From assembly GCF_963921235.1 (NCBI RefSeq), contig NC_086097.1, positions 36,954,001 to 37,018,000 of the forward strand: 64,000 nt of DNA, read 5' to 3'. The notes beneath the pieces are model-generated. The model was not told the origin of the DNA. It saw only the letters and a list, made by a program, of their open reading frames with translations, and did no database searches. Made by a program: the position numbers and the translations under genes. Positions 1 to 12,929 of this stretch are shown in pieces. Source of the DNA: Mobula hypostoma. Lineage: Eukaryota. How positions within the stretch are numbered: the stretch's first letter is position 1; every line of letters begins with the position of its first letter.

Positions 1-1070
1 ATCCCATTTGCCCACATTAGGTCATAACTTTCAGTGCCTTGTCTATTTAACAACCCGTTTAAATCTCTCTTAAATGTATGTGACTCCCCCAGCTCCTCTG
101 GCAGTGTGTTTCAGATATAAGCCATCCTCTGTATAAAAAAAGTCTCTTCAAATCCCTCCTTAAACCTATTCCCCCTTATTATTGGTAATCCAACATGAGG
201 AAAGATTCTGTTCATAATTTCATATACTTCTATCACATTTGCTTCAGGGAAAACAAACTCAGTGTATCCAATTTCACCCTATTAGTAAGGTCCACCAATC
301 TAGGCAACATCCCAGTGAATCTCCAGTGTAACAACGTGTCTCCTGTAGTATGCTAACCAGAACTGCGCACAACATTCCATGTGGAGTATAACCACGCCCC
401 AGTTACAATATTGTGTGCAGCTTTGTTTTGTATTTGTTGTGCATTTGAGTTATGTAATCTCAACATAATTCAACTGCCCCAACCTTTGAAGACAAGCATG
501 AAATCACCCCCACCCTGCCCCCCATGAATACAAACAAGTAACATTCATTTAGCACTTGCCCCACATCACCAGGCTGCACACACGGATTATCTCTTTGCCC
601 CTTCGGGGACCCATTCTTTACCTGACTAGCCTTGTGCTCAAAATATACTTATAAAATGCCTTGTGATTTTCCTTAATCTTACTTGTAAAGGATATTTTGT
701 GGCCCTTTTTTGTCTTTCTAATTTATTTTTTTCTGGAGTTCTCTCTTACACACTCTTTATCCTTTAAGAGAGTCCCTTGATCCCAATTGATTATACCTGC
801 CCCTATGTTTCCTTTATTTTTCCTGATCAAACATTCAATACCTTTTGTCATGTAAGCTTCCCTTTCTTTACTGTTCACCCTTAACTGAACATACTGACCC
901 AGAATTCTTTCTAATTGTCTTTTAAAAGATCCACACTTGTTAGTTGTTGTTTCACCAGCAAGCACCTGCTCTCAATCTACTGCTTTCCAGGTCTGCGCTT
1001 ATACTATTGATCTTAAAATGGGGGCCAACCTTATTCCTTTCCATAACTACCTTAACACTTACAGAATCAC
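1..1070 (-). mobile_element. Old degraded CR1 LINE fragments (3' end and ORF2 remnants)
   Basis: Resembles the reverse complement of CR1 3' ends seen elsewhere in the window (11512, 19258, 38797); no intact ORF. Confidence 0.55.
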
Positions 1071-1356
1071 ATTGCCAAAGTATTTTCCACCAACACTTCC
1101 ATCACCTGCCCAGTTTCACTTAAGTACAACTCCTTTTCCATTATCTTCTTACTCCATGTCCTTTGTTTTGGTTTCTCCTAGCTCTACATTTTTCATGTTT
1201 TTTTTGTTTTAAAATAAATGCATTTGAAACAGCGACAAAAGAGTTGAATGAAAATATTCTCCTCCCTAATCAGGATGCACTACAGTCCTTGTTTATTAAC
1301 AGTTACAGAGGAAGTGCAGTGCAGGTAAACAATAAAGAACAAGATTGTATCAAGGT

Positions 1357-1810
1357 AGCAACACACATCAAAGTTGCTGGTGAACGCAGCAGGCCAGGCA
1401 GCATCTCTAGGAAGAGGTACAGTTGACGTTTCGGGCCGAGACCCTTCGTCAGGACTAACTGAAAGAAGAGCTAGTAAGAGATTTGAAAGTTGGAGGGGGA
1501 GGGGGAGATCCAAAATGATAGGAGAAGACAGGAGGGGGAGGGATGGAGCCAAGAGCTGGACACCTGATGAGCAAAAGGGATATGAGAGGATCATGGGACA
1601 GGAGGCTTAGAGAGAAAGAAAAGGGGGAAGGGGGGAGAAAACCCCAGAGGATGGGCAAGGGGTATAGTGAAAGGGACAGAGGGATAAAAAGGAGAGAGAG
1701 AAAAAGAATGTGTGTATATAAATAAATAACGGATGGGGTACGAGGGGGAGGTAGGGCATTAGTGGAAGTTCAAGAAGTCAATGTTCATGCCATCAGGTTG
1801 GAGGCTAGAA
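1357..1810 (-). mobile_element. Penelope-like element 3' part (GIY-YIG C-terminus plus pseudo-LTR)
   Basis: Near-identical in reverse to 16217-16846 and 27297-27941; minus strand encodes SLQPDGMNIDF; contains hammerhead motif. Confidence 0.85.
1421..1457 (-). ncRNA. Minimal type I hammerhead ribozyme motif in Penelope pLTR
   Basis: Minus strand UAGUC-CUGACGA-AGGGUCUCGGCCC-GAAAC-GUC-AACU; catalytic core intact, first stem I pair mismatched. Confidence 0.7.
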
Positions 1811-1849
1811 AGATAGAATGTGAGGTCAGAAGTTACCTTATCGTACAAG

Positions 1850-2165
1850 AGGTTCATTGAAGAGTCTGATACAGTGGGGTAGAGGTTGTCCTTGAGCCTG
1901 GAGGATCATGCTTTCAGGCTTTTGCATCTTCTACCTGATAGGAGAGCGGAGAATATCTGGGGTGGATTGACTCTTTGATTATGCTGGCTACATTACTGAG
2001 GGAGTGAGAAGTGTAGGTAGGGTCCATGGAGAGGAGACTGGCTTCTGTGATGTGCTGAACTGTGTCCACAGCTGTCAGCAGTTCCTTGTGGTCATGTGCA
2101 GAGCAGTTGCTGTACCAAGCCATGATGCATTCAGTTGGGAAACTTTCTATGGTGCATCAAAAAAA
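1850..2165 (-). mobile_element. Rex1/Babar-like LINE C-terminal fragment
   Basis: ORF 1914-2123 AWYSNCSAHDHKELLTAVDTVQHIT...ASIIKESIHP is homologous to the C-terminus of the 48284-49353 RT ORF. Confidence 0.75.
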
Positions 2166-2600
2166 TCAGCATCCCATGTCACCACTGTGAACTGGAGGAC
2201 CCAGATCGATGGCCCATTGAGGAATCCTGTTGTTGCCAGACAACAGAGATCCCCACTGTCACATGTCTGGGTAGTAAACAACAGCAAAAGGAGAATGTGC
2301 AGGAAATACCTCAGCACTGTGGGGAACAGCACTGAGAGCATTTCTGAGCAGTGGCTCAGGTTGTTTGGGACCGGCACCTGAGGGGGCCTGGTTACTTGGT
2401 AGGCATCTATTGAGCAATTCTAGCTGAGTGGAATCCACTCCAATAGGATCTCTCCATACTCTTGCACACACCATAATGGAGCTCTTGGAGACTTTAGCTG
2501 ACTTTCCCCTCCATCTGGTCCACCCCACATCAGAACACCCTCGACCAACGACAGGCTGCAGAGTAGAAGGGCACTCCCACTAGAGGCGATAATGTCACAT

Positions 2601-2634
<34 letters not shown>

Positions 2635-2655
2635 CTCCCCCCCCCCCCACCCCCT
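2601..2655. repeat. (TC)n microsatellite followed by poly-C
   Basis: Directly visible. Confidence 0.95.
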
Positions 2656-4294
2656 TTGTTCATTGACAGAGTGTCAGCCTTCTGAGTCGCCAGCATCTTG
2701 GAGCAGAGACCCACCGCAATGCTATAATAGCCATAAAATCTCAGTCAATTACAGGGTATAAATTGCCCACAATTTTCAGTCTTTGAGAAAAAGAGTTTTC
2801 ATTTGAGTGATAACTACCAAATGTTTATTTTTGCAAATCGCACATTGATTTATATAAAAAAAACTATTTTTGTAACCATCGCATAGGTGGAAAAAAGGCA
2901 AACGTGACAGGGTTATCCCATAACATACCCCCGTAAAAATTAAACTCAGATCTTCTAAACCCTGAGAAGAATGTCTCATTGTTCTTTAAATCTGCATCGC
3001 AATTAGGTAAAGAAACAGGTTAGATAGGAGTGGAAGATAGCAACACAACTGGTTCCTACTGCTGCAAGGACATTATTCACTGTTCTTATTTCAAAGGTCT
3101 CCTTATTATTCAACTTGTTGGTATCCAATGTGAAATCTCTCAAATCGTGCCACTATTCCACATTTGTTCAATACAAATTTAAATCTGAAATTTAGGTGTC
3201 CTAAACAGTTGACTTATCTGACCTAATTGCTTTTTTAAATTAATCGGTTAAAACTATAATTTCTCCAAATATAAGTTTGAGAGGACATCCTAATCTCTGA
3301 CAAAGTTACTTCAAATCTAAGCATGCAATTCAAGCAGTTGAAAATAATAAACATTCATTAAAGAATTGCTCTGAAATTCTTTTCTTACTCAGCGGCACCA
3401 TTTTATTATAATTACATTCTACATTTCATAAGGGGCTGCCAGCAGTTGCCTGTGAAAACTGCCATTTAGAATAGGGTTTATGAGAAAATAGCTAACTTTG
3501 CAAAGCCTCAACTTTCCTGAAAGAAGCTGAAGATTCCTCTTTGACACTGACAAACAAGGCTCCTCTGTCACATCAATCACTAAAGCCGTGCTAATAACAG
3601 GGCCACTCAGCATCGAGTTGCACTTTGTGAAAGTGTGCGATTGATCATCATTTTGCTGGAGACTTCTGCAGCCCAGTGAACTGTCCATTGTGTTCAATCA
3701 AGGACCTTGTCAATGAGAGGAATTAGGTGCGTTCATTATCAGATTATAGCAGCATTTTCATAGGTTCACCCTAATCACAGTAATTTAGATGGCTTCATTG
3801 TCAACACATTGGGCCCAAGGGGTTCTATTCTCCCAAACTGTGTTCTAGTAAGCCTTGCTCGTCCAGTAACCTATTCTTCTGTTTAGAAACTTCTTGGGTG
3901 GTGGAAAGCTAACTGGGATTTTTAAAAGGCTGTTTACAGCTGGCATATGAAGAGTAAATTCTACTTATTTCTCCTGCAGGGTGAATTACTGAAAAGTTCA
4001 GAAAATGCAGTGGAGACCTTTTTGATGTGTCTTGTAGTAGCTGATGTGTTCCTTCTGTGAGAGAAATGGCACTGGGAGCTTGGGGAAGGAGTTGGGCGAT
4101 GTGGAAGGCCAGAAAGTCTAGAATCCTGGTCAGATGTAACTTCCTAGTAAGAATTCAAATTCGTGACTCCTTTGAGAGCCATGTTTCTAAGCAATTGTCT
4201 CTCTCAGTTTTGTGCAAAATCTTGGGTGAACAATATTCCAATAGGCACAATGTGCAAAGTAATTTAGGTTTATAGTGCTGGGTCTTGCATACAT

Positions 4295-5620
4295 ATAAAT
4301 GCATAAAGGTACTTAAATCCCCAGCTCCTGACCAGGTACCTCTGAATGCTATGGGGAACAAAAGAGGCAACTGCAGGGTCTTAGCAGAGAGTTTGTTTGT
4401 TAGCAGAAGACTGGAGGAAGTCACAAGTTTGAATTCAAACTAAGAAGCTACAACTGGATCTAAATCAACAGGAAAATGGATATAGGAATGAAAAATGGAA
4501 TTTATATCAGACAAATGTGCTGATACATTTTGCAAGTTAAACTAAGATGGAGACAATGAATGGCCGGGCCCTGGGTAGTGCTATTGAACAGAGAGGCTTT
4601 GAACTATAAGTATGTTGTTCCCTGAAATGGTGGACAGATGGTGAGGAGGACAGATGGCATGCTTGCCTTCATCAGTGAAGCATTAAGTATGAGTTATGAT
4701 GTCATGTTGCAGTTGGACAAAACATTGGTGAAGCTGTACTTGGAGCACTGTGTACAGTTCTGTTCACCACACTATTGAAAGGATGTAATTAATCTAGTGA
4801 GGGAGCAGAAAAGGTTCACAATGTTGTCAACTGCACTGGAGGGCTTGAGTTATCAGAGAGAGATTGGATAGACTGGCTCTATTTTCTCTGGAGCACAGAA
4901 GGCAGAGACAGGGGTACATTAAATTATGAGAGGCCTGTATGGATAGGGTAGATGGCCTGTGTCTGATACCATGGTAGGGGCTTCTCAAACTAGAGGCATA
5001 GGTTTAAGGTAAGTACCGGTGGGCAGCACAGTAGTGAAGCAGTTAGCATAATGCTTCACAGCACGGGTGATCGGAGGTCAATTCCCTCCGCTGTCTGTAA
5101 GGAGTTTGTACGTTCTCCCCGTGACCGCGTGGGTTTCCTCCAGGTGCCCTGGTTTCCTCCCGCAGTCCAAAAGATGCAGAGGTTAGGGTCAGTGAGTTGT
5201 GGACTTGCGATGTTGGTGCCAGAACCATGCAAAAATTGCAGGCTGCCCCCAGTACGTCCTCAGACTGAGTTAGTCACTGACGCAAATGACGCAGTTCACT
5301 GCATGTTTTGGTGCACATGTGACAAATAAAGCTAACCTTTAAAGTTTCATTTCTAAAGTGAGGGGAAAGTGGTTTTAAGGGGATCCAAGGGGTAAATTTT
5401 TTTACTCAAAGTATTGTTCATATATGGAATGAGCTGCCAGAGGAAGTGATGGAGGCAGTAACAATAACAACACTTAAGAGGCAGTGAGAAAGATACTTGA
5501 ATGAGCAGAGCATAGAGGAATCAGGAGTCAATGCAGAAAAGAGGGATTCCTTTAGGAAAACATAATGATCAGTATAGGTGTGGTGCTCTAAATAGCCTGT
5601 TTCTATGCTGTATAATTCTA
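4295..5620 (+). mobile_element. Decayed CR1 LINE (ORF2 3' half), interrupted by a V-SINE
   Basis: IKVxKSPxPD-like start, LEHCVQFCSPHY-like segment, CR1-type 3' end gcctgtttctatgctgtataattcta. Confidence 0.75.
5020..5345 (+). mobile_element. tRNA-derived V-SINE (HE1-like head) with Rex1-like tail
   Basis: tRNA-like head, V-domain gtttgtacgttctccccgtgaccgcgtgggtttcctcc; tail tcactgcatgttttggtgcacatgtgacaaataaa. Confidence 0.8.
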
Positions 5621-5630
5621 TATTCTGTCC

Positions 5631-6160
5631 CCACTTTATTAGGTACATCTGTACATCGGCTTGTTAACATAAACATCTAATCAGCCAATTGTGATGCAGC
5701 AACTCAGCCCATAAAAGCATGCAGACATGGTCAAGAGGTTCACTTGTTGTTCAGAACAGACATCAGACTGGGGGAAGAAATATGATCAAAGTGACTTTGA
5801 GCGTGGACTGATTGTTGGTGTCGGACAGAGTTGATTGAAGGTCTCAGAAACCGTTGATCTGGAAGTTTCACACAGAGCAGTCTCCAGGGTTGACAGAGAA
5901 TGGTGTGAAAAACAAAAAAAAACATCCAGAAAGCAGCAGTTCAATGGGCAAAAATGCCTTGTTATTGAGAGAGGTCAAAGGAGAATGGTCAGACTGGTTC
6001 AAGCTGACAGGAAGGTGACTGTAACTTAAATAGGCACATGTTACAACAGTGTGTGCAGAAGAGCATCTCTGAGTGCACAAGACATCGAACCTCGAAGTGG
6101 CTGGCTACAGTGGCGTGAGATCATGAACATACACCCAGTTGCCAGTTAAATATGTACAGG
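5631..6160 (+). mobile_element. Tc1-like DNA transposon deletion derivative (N-terminal HTH region of transposase)
   Basis: TIR-like ccactttattaggtac; peptide AVSRVDREWCEKQKKTSRKQQFNGQKCLVIERGQRRMVRLVQADRK; homologous to 62740-63233. Confidence 0.8.
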
Positions 6161-6595
6161 AGATTCTATGACTTTGACACACAAGGTTGGCTCAAAGTTA
6201 CATCCAAACCACAACTGTGGCCGTTTCCAATGTCTAGCCTGCCCTCAAAAGGTCAGGAGGATCCAGGAGCCTTCAACAGACAAAAGAATCTCAGGCACCG
6301 CTGAGCATGGGGGTCGGAGGTGCTGATGGTGGTTATCAAGTCACAGAGTTCTACAGCATAGACAGAGCTTCTGCAGTCCACCACATCACTGCCAACCGTC
6401 GATTCCCCATCAGCTCTTATCACGCTCACCAGCAATTTGTCCACAGACATCACAGTTCAGCAGTTTACATGGGTTCTTCTTCAATGTTGTAAAGTACCTG
6501 CTTCAACCAAGCACTTAGTCAGTGCAATTCAGCAGGTGATCAGGGTTCTGCAGGGACCTAGGAATAACAAAAGAATAATTAAACACTAATTTATC

Positions 6596-6790
6596 CGCCT
6601 GGTGGTTTAGTGGCATCAGCACCGGACTTCAAGGCGAGTAGTTCCAAGTTCGAATCTGGCCACCCCTTGCACACTTTTCCTGCATGCCGGATTGAGTGTC
6701 GAGCTAGCAACTTGGCCTCATAAAAAAAAAACAGTCAAGTGCAACAGAAATGGCAAAAAACAACGAACACTGATATACCGCACAACAATT
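6596..6790 (+). mobile_element. tRNA-derived SINE
   Basis: Pol III A box tggtttagtgg and B box gttcgaatc; cloverleaf does not close; A-rich 3' part. Confidence 0.6.
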
Positions 6791-8829
6791 TCTTCCAAAT
6801 CAAAGCCACAGCCGTGATTGATTGGCCTGTAACTTTGGGCCAATCACTTGTGTCATAGGCACACAGTCAAGGCTGGATAGGCCGGTTGTTAGGAGACAGC
6901 AAATTTACAGTGGCAGCAGATAACAGAATCACAAGAATGGTGCCAAACATGTGCTTCATTGAAACTTGTCACACATGCAGCTGGTTGTCATCCTGGAAGA
7001 GCTGAGCGTGTACAGTTGATCACATTTAGCAATCATGTTTTCATTGAAATTGCTCCACAGGATACACACAAGAGGTTTTGATAAACAGAATTTGTAGGCC
7101 GCTTCACAGCACCCCCTACTGCATCACGTTGCTCATCTCACTCTGATATCCACCAAACATTTTTCTGAAAAGGTTAATAAACCGGCTGGCACGTTCCTGT
7201 AGGAGGCACTGTCAGTCACAGGCAAAAATACAGAGCTTCAGTCCAACCGGACAACTCCCAGTCTGGTGGAGATGGCACAAAATGAGACTAAAGGTCCTGT
7301 TTGCCCCCTCAGGGTACCTTACTCATGGGGTGGTTTTGTAGAACACTCAAATGAAGAGGCAGCTGACCTTTTTTCTGCCATTGCCAGTGCCATATGGGAA
7401 TGACTGGTGAGATGGCTGCCTACTAGTTCCTACCCTGTGAACACAGTTCCACAAGTTCAATGTCAGGCGGGCGCCAGCTGTAGAAGTGGGCTGAATATTG
7501 CAAGCACTTAGGCACCTTTCCTTCAAAAACACATCAAGGGGGTTCCCATTGGGAAAGAGAATAACCCAATATCATGGGCGGACTGAAGAGAAAGGGAGAA
7601 AAGTTGTCAGATCAGCCAATTGGAAACACGAACGAGACAAAGGAAATGAGTTAAAAAATGAACTGCTGGAGCATCTTGCAGGGGTTGAAATGTATCTTCA
7701 TAAAACATGCACTAACCTAAAAGGTCCCAGAAAAAAAAGGTTTTTTTTTGCTTTTGGATAGTTGCTGGCAAGGTTGCTTTTCCTCCTGGACTGGGGATGG
7801 CTAAGTGTCAACCCAGCACAAAAGCAAAGATGTTGAGTGGATATCAGAATAACTGGGAGCTGATCTTTATTAAGACTGCTATAACAAGACGTTCCAGAAA
7901 TTCTGGCAATGCCTCTAGCACCAGGACAATGTCCAACCAGAAAACAGGTTGTTACATTCAGAAGACAGATACGGTTCCCCCGTCTGTTCTCCAGATGGGT
8001 TACAACCTCTTAAGACAATTAATTGGATGGAAGTAAACCAATAATGTCACTGAGCTATGAATATTATCTGAATGTATATTATGCTGCTACATTTTAGCCA
8101 ATATTTCTTCCAAAAACAATTGTCAAACCGATTGAAGTTCCCATCCCTCTCATTATAAGTTTAGGTGATCAAACTTGAAACGTGGCAACTTCTGCAATTC
8201 TGATTGACACTGCACCAAAGCTGTCTGGAACAGTGAGTGTTCAGTTGTTCTTCTGCCTCTGGGATCTAGGCTCCAGTCCAAAATACTTGGGGCAGATAAA
8301 AGCCTCTTTTCTGTGCAGGCCACAATGGTTGAACATGAGAAGAGGTTGCACAATATTAGTCAAATAGCTGATGATGGTATTTTGGCACTTATTTTAAGAA
8401 AGGTTCTCCATTGTCCATTCTATACCTTGGCTCAGAATCAGAGATTAATACTTGTCCAATGTTGAAACAGAAGACACATTCTTAGCGGCAGGTAGAGGGA
8501 GATCATTAAAATTTAAGGGAAAAGCAAGATGTTGGCTCAATCTAAGATGCCCTTTGGCAGCTCTTTGTTCAAAGCAATGTTGTCAAAAGTACCTAAAGAA
8601 TCCAGTCATTAATGCAACTAGCAGCGAGAATAGATGAAATGGTAGGGAAGCTTAGAGGTAATTCTAAAGTAAGAATAATAAGAATGGTTGTATCTGGTAA
8701 AATGTGCTTTGAAGAAATCACTACAGCATGGTTGTTTCTTGAGTATCTAAACTTCATCCATTCAAAACATTGGGCAATTTTTCTGTGACCTTCAATACAA
8801 TAGAAAACGCATACAACAACCAATTTCAC

Positions 8830-9520
8830 ATCATGCTAGTTGAGTGGTGCAGCAGCAACGACCTTGTTCTCAACATCAGCAAGACTAAGCAGTTGATAGT
8901 GGACTTTGGGGGGTGGGGAGGGAGTTGGGAGAAAACACAACAGTCTTCATTGAGGGGTCAGTGGTGGAAAGGATGAGTAGCCTCAAGTTCCTGGGTACCA
9001 ACATCTCCGAGAATGTACCCTGGACCCAATACATTAATGCAATCTTGAAGATAGTACACCAGTGGCTCTACTTCACTGGGGGTTTGAGATTTGCTATGTC
9101 ACCAAGGATTCTCACAAATTTCTGTACATGTACGGTGGAGAGCATTCTGACTGGTTACATCACTGCCTGGTGTGGACGATCCAATGCACAGTATCAAAAG
9201 AGACTGCAAAGGTTTGCAGAATCTGCAGCCCCATCATGGACACAACGTTCCCTACCATTGAGAACATTTTACAAAGGCGGTGCCTCGAGAGGGTGGCATC
9301 CATCGTTAAGGACCTTCGTCATCCAGGACATGTCCTCTTCTCATTACTACCATCAGGGAGCAGGTGCAGGAGCCTGAAGACACACACTCAACCTGTTAGA
9401 GACAGTTTCTTCCCCTCTGCCATCAGGTCCATGAACTTACGAACACCACCTTGATATTCCTCTTTTGCAAAACTTATTTATTTTTATATTGTAACTTATA
9501 GTAATTGTTATGTTTTGAAT
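8830..9520 (+). mobile_element. Rex1/Babar-like LINE fragment (RT C-terminal half, frameshifted)
   Basis: LVEWCSSNDLVLNISKTKQLIVDF, VERMSSLKFLG, VESILTGYITAW, DSFFPSAIR in successive frames. Confidence 0.85.
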
Positions 9521-9584
9521 TCACATTGTAAATCTCAAGGCTATCCAGTCCTATGTCACACTCATCATTATCAGATATTCCATC

Positions 9585-10970
9585 TTTCTTTCTTTTTAAA
9601 TCTTTTTATTGAGTAAGTATACAAAAAAGGTAAGCCATATAAACATTAATACAATGTTAAAGTATAATAAAATTCCAAAAGATAACAATACCAAAAAGAA
9701 AATACTACAAACAATGTAATTTAAGCATAAGAAACCAAGATAACATAATAGTATACTAGATTTTATATATATCAATGGAAAAAAAAGAAAAAAAAACCCC
9801 CCAAAAAAAACCCACCGTGCAACTAACTAAAAGCAAAGCAAAGCAATGGGCTAACTTGAAACCAAACAGAGTTAAACTTAAAATCACGTCCTCAATCCCG
9901 ACCTCCATTAAAACAGTGAAGAAAAAACAAGAAGGGTAAATATTACATTAAATGAAAATATCGAATAAAAGGTCCCCAAATCTGTTCAAATTTAAATGAA
10001 GAATCATAAAGGTTACTTCTAATTTTCTCCAGATTCAAACATAAAATCGTCTGAGAAAACCAAAAAAAGGTAGTTGGAGCATTAAGCTCTTTCCAATGTT
10101 GTAAGATACATCTTTTCGCCATTAAAGTAAGAAATGCAATCATTCTACGGGCTGAAGGGGAAAGATTACTAGAAATTTTAGGTAGTCCAAAGATAGCAGT
10201 AATAGGGTGAGGAGAGATATCTATATTTAATACCTTAGAAATAATATTGAAAATATCTCTCCAAAAAGTTTCCAAAGTAGGGCAAGACCAAAACATATGA
10301 GTTAAAGAGGCTATCTGCCCCGAACATCTATCACAGAAAGGATTAATATGCGAGTAAAAACGCGCTAACTTATCTTTGGACATATGTGCTCTATGAACCA
10401 CTTTAAATTGAATTAGGGAATGTTTAGCACAAATAGAGGAAGTATTAACTAATTGTAAAATCTGCCCCCAATCATCCACAGAAATGGTAAGCCCCAATTC
10501 CTGTTCCCAATCTACCCTAATCTTATCAAATGGAGCTTTCCTAAGTTTCATAATAATATTATAAATCATAGCCGATGCACCTTTCTGACATGGATTAAGG
10601 TTAATTATCGAATCTAAAATATATATAGGAGGAAGCATTGGAAAGGAAGAAAGTATAGTACTTAGGAAATTTCTAACTTGTAAATATCTAAAAAAATGTA
10701 TTCTTGATAAGTTATATTTATTAGATAATTGTTCAAAAGACATAAGGGAACCATCTAAAAATAAATCCAAAAACCGTAAAATACCCTTAGTCTTCCAAGT
10801 TTGAAAAGCGCGATCCGTAAAAGAGGGAGGAAAAAATATGTTACCTAAAATAGGAATCGCTAACCCGAATTGATTAAGATCAAAAAATTTTCTGAATTGA
10901 AACCAAATGCGCAAAGCATATTTAACTATCGGGTTAGAGACCTGCTTAAGGCGTTTCGAATCAAAAGGAA
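9585..10970 (-). mobile_element. Young 5'-truncated L1-clade LINE with 12-bp TSD
   Basis: Perfect TSD agatattccatc at 9573-9584 and 10971-10982; AATAAA then an (AAAG)-rich tail on the minus strand. Confidence 0.9.
9943..10970 (-). CDS. L1 ORF2 C-terminal fragment (Cys-rich zinc-knuckle region), open up to the truncation point
   Basis: 323-aa ORF extendable without stops to the 5' junction; FFRYLQVR, QFKVVHR and CDRC...HMFWSC motifs. Confidence 0.8.
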
Positions 10971-11034
10971 AGATATTCCATCAACAGCATGCAGATTTGT
11001 GTCTTGGGTTCATTTAAAATATCCTCATCACCAC

Positions 11035-11276
11035 TGTTATGTTGTGTAACTCCAAAACGTAAAACTAAATAAATAAAACACGGAGCCAGAAAAAACTTGT
11101 CTTAGTTTCGTTTTTACTTTTAGCGAGGCACAAACATATAACGTGGCAGCATAATGACAAATTCCATTCACATATTGTTGCATATTACTGAATTATTGAA
11201 ACAAACAGAGATTGTTTAATCAAACAAGATATTTACAATATTACTCAAATATCACTGAAATATTACATACACAACA
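11035..11276 (-). mobile_element. Probable solo LTR (Gypsy-like)
   Basis: 242 bp with TGTT...AACA termini and short terminal inverted repeats; no convincing TSD. Confidence 0.5.
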
Positions 11277-11511
11277 GTCATTTTCATGCCTTGCTGCCAG
11301 AAAACAGCAGATTCCACAACGTCCAGTGTGTCAGTGATAATAAACCTGATTCTGGAACATCACAATTGATGAGTTGGCAATAAACTAGGAAAGAGCATTG
11401 ACCATCTTTTAGAGCGGATCTTCTGAAGTTATTGACATTTAAATCAATGCAAGTTCAGTCAGATTCAATAACAGGTAGGTGATCCACTCTGCTATTCTAC
11501 TACTCAAGTGA

Positions 11512-11750
11512 AATAGAAACAAAGAAACATAGAAAACCTACAGCACAGTACAGGCCCTTTGGCCCACAATGCTGTGCCAAACACCTACTTACTTTAGAAG
11601 CTACCTAGGGTTATCCATAGCCCTCTATTTTTCTAAGCTCTATGTACCTATCCAGGGGTCTCTTAAAAGACCCTATGGTATCCGCCTCCACCACCGTCAC
11701 CAGCAGCCCATTCCACGCACTCACCACTCTCTGTGTAAAATACTCACCCC
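11512..11750 (-). mobile_element. CR1 LINE 3' end
   Basis: catagaaa-type tail repeats, caggccctttggcccaca stem, ttccacgcactcaccactctctgtgtaaa. Confidence 0.8.
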
Positions 11751-11751
11751 A

Positions 11752-12050
11752 ATGGATGCTGCATCGGCAAGTTGGCGGCGCTGGAGGTTTACCGTCTGCG
11801 TGAGATGATGGGACTTTCGCGAGACTCTGAGACTTTTACCGTGCCATGGTCTGTTCTTATCAAATTACGGTATTGTTTTGCACTGTTGTAACTATGTATT
11901 ATAATTATGTGGTTTTTGTTAGTTTTTAAGTCGGTTTGTCATGTGTTTTCGTGATAACATTCTCGAAAGACATTTTTATCATTTCTTAATGCATGCATTC
12001 CTAAATGACAATAAAAGGGGACTGCGTGTCCTCATAATCATAATCATAAT
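11752..12050 (+). mobile_element. 3' end of an unclassified non-LTR retroposon with (CATAAT)n tail
   Basis: AATAAA followed by tcataatcataatcataat; CpG-rich 5' part. Confidence 0.55.
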
Positions 12051-12929
12051 AGGTAAAAATTACTCCCAAGAATATGGAAGGATATTTGTGGAACAAAATG
12101 AATTGTATAACATATTCTATGTCCTTTAAAAATACATTTTTCCTTAAGTCCATGCAGTAACATATGTAATAGGTGAGCTAGTTAACTTTAGTCTAATTTT
12201 ACACGAAGGAATACAGTGAAAATGAGGACCACAGAAAACGAATTAAAACACCTTGAAGCAGTTGATGTTCTTTTTAAAGACTGCTTCAGAAAAGATAGCA
12301 CAACAAAATCTGATAACAGCATGCCCATTTTTCAGGCACGATATAAGCGACCAAGCATTCAGTGCAGCTCATTATGACCCTGAAGTGCACTGAGAGCCGC
12401 ACTTTGGTGACAGCAATAAATGAGTCATCAGGGGTCTACCTAAGCACAAATGCAAGTAGGGGGCCTGACATCTGCTTAAAGGTCACATTAGCAAAATAGG
12501 GCGGCTTTTTATATGCCCTACTACAGTATATTCAGGAGCATTGGTTAGGGCCCTAACCAATAATAAATCTACCATGGAATATTTTAGGTTTTCTCAAAAA
12601 TTCCCACCTCACTCCGAGATCAGGAGCAGCAGGCTGGGGAGGCTCCTCTCAGACCAAATGCTGCGATAGAAGTCATCCCATTCCTTTGCTTATCTCCAAC
12701 AAGGGCAAACAGATGGATCAGGAGAAGAATGACAGAGAAGAGAAAATAAATTAAGGATGTGTAACAGCATTAGAAGGCAGTGGCAAATTAGAGTGGAAAT
12801 AAAATGAGGGAGAAGATTATTAGAATGAAGGATGCATACACGAGGCAGCATCACGCTTCAGCAGTACCGAGGAGACGGCCTGAGAAGATTGGGCTACACG
12901 TTCATCGTGGGCACTGATAGATAACGGAG

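Noticed and set aside
3965..4060. Possible + strand exon after ttctcctgcag
   Set aside because: Short frame GELLKSSENAVETF... ends in a stop, with no convincing donor site or recognisable homology
6596..6670. Possible tRNA gene (cttcaa could suggest Glu or SeC)
   Set aside because: A and B boxes are present but the acceptor and anticodon stems do not pair, and the sequence continues into a SINE-like body
12546..12557. TTAGGG/CCCTAA as a telomere fusion scar
   Set aside because: Only one unit per side, with no degenerate telomeric array around it
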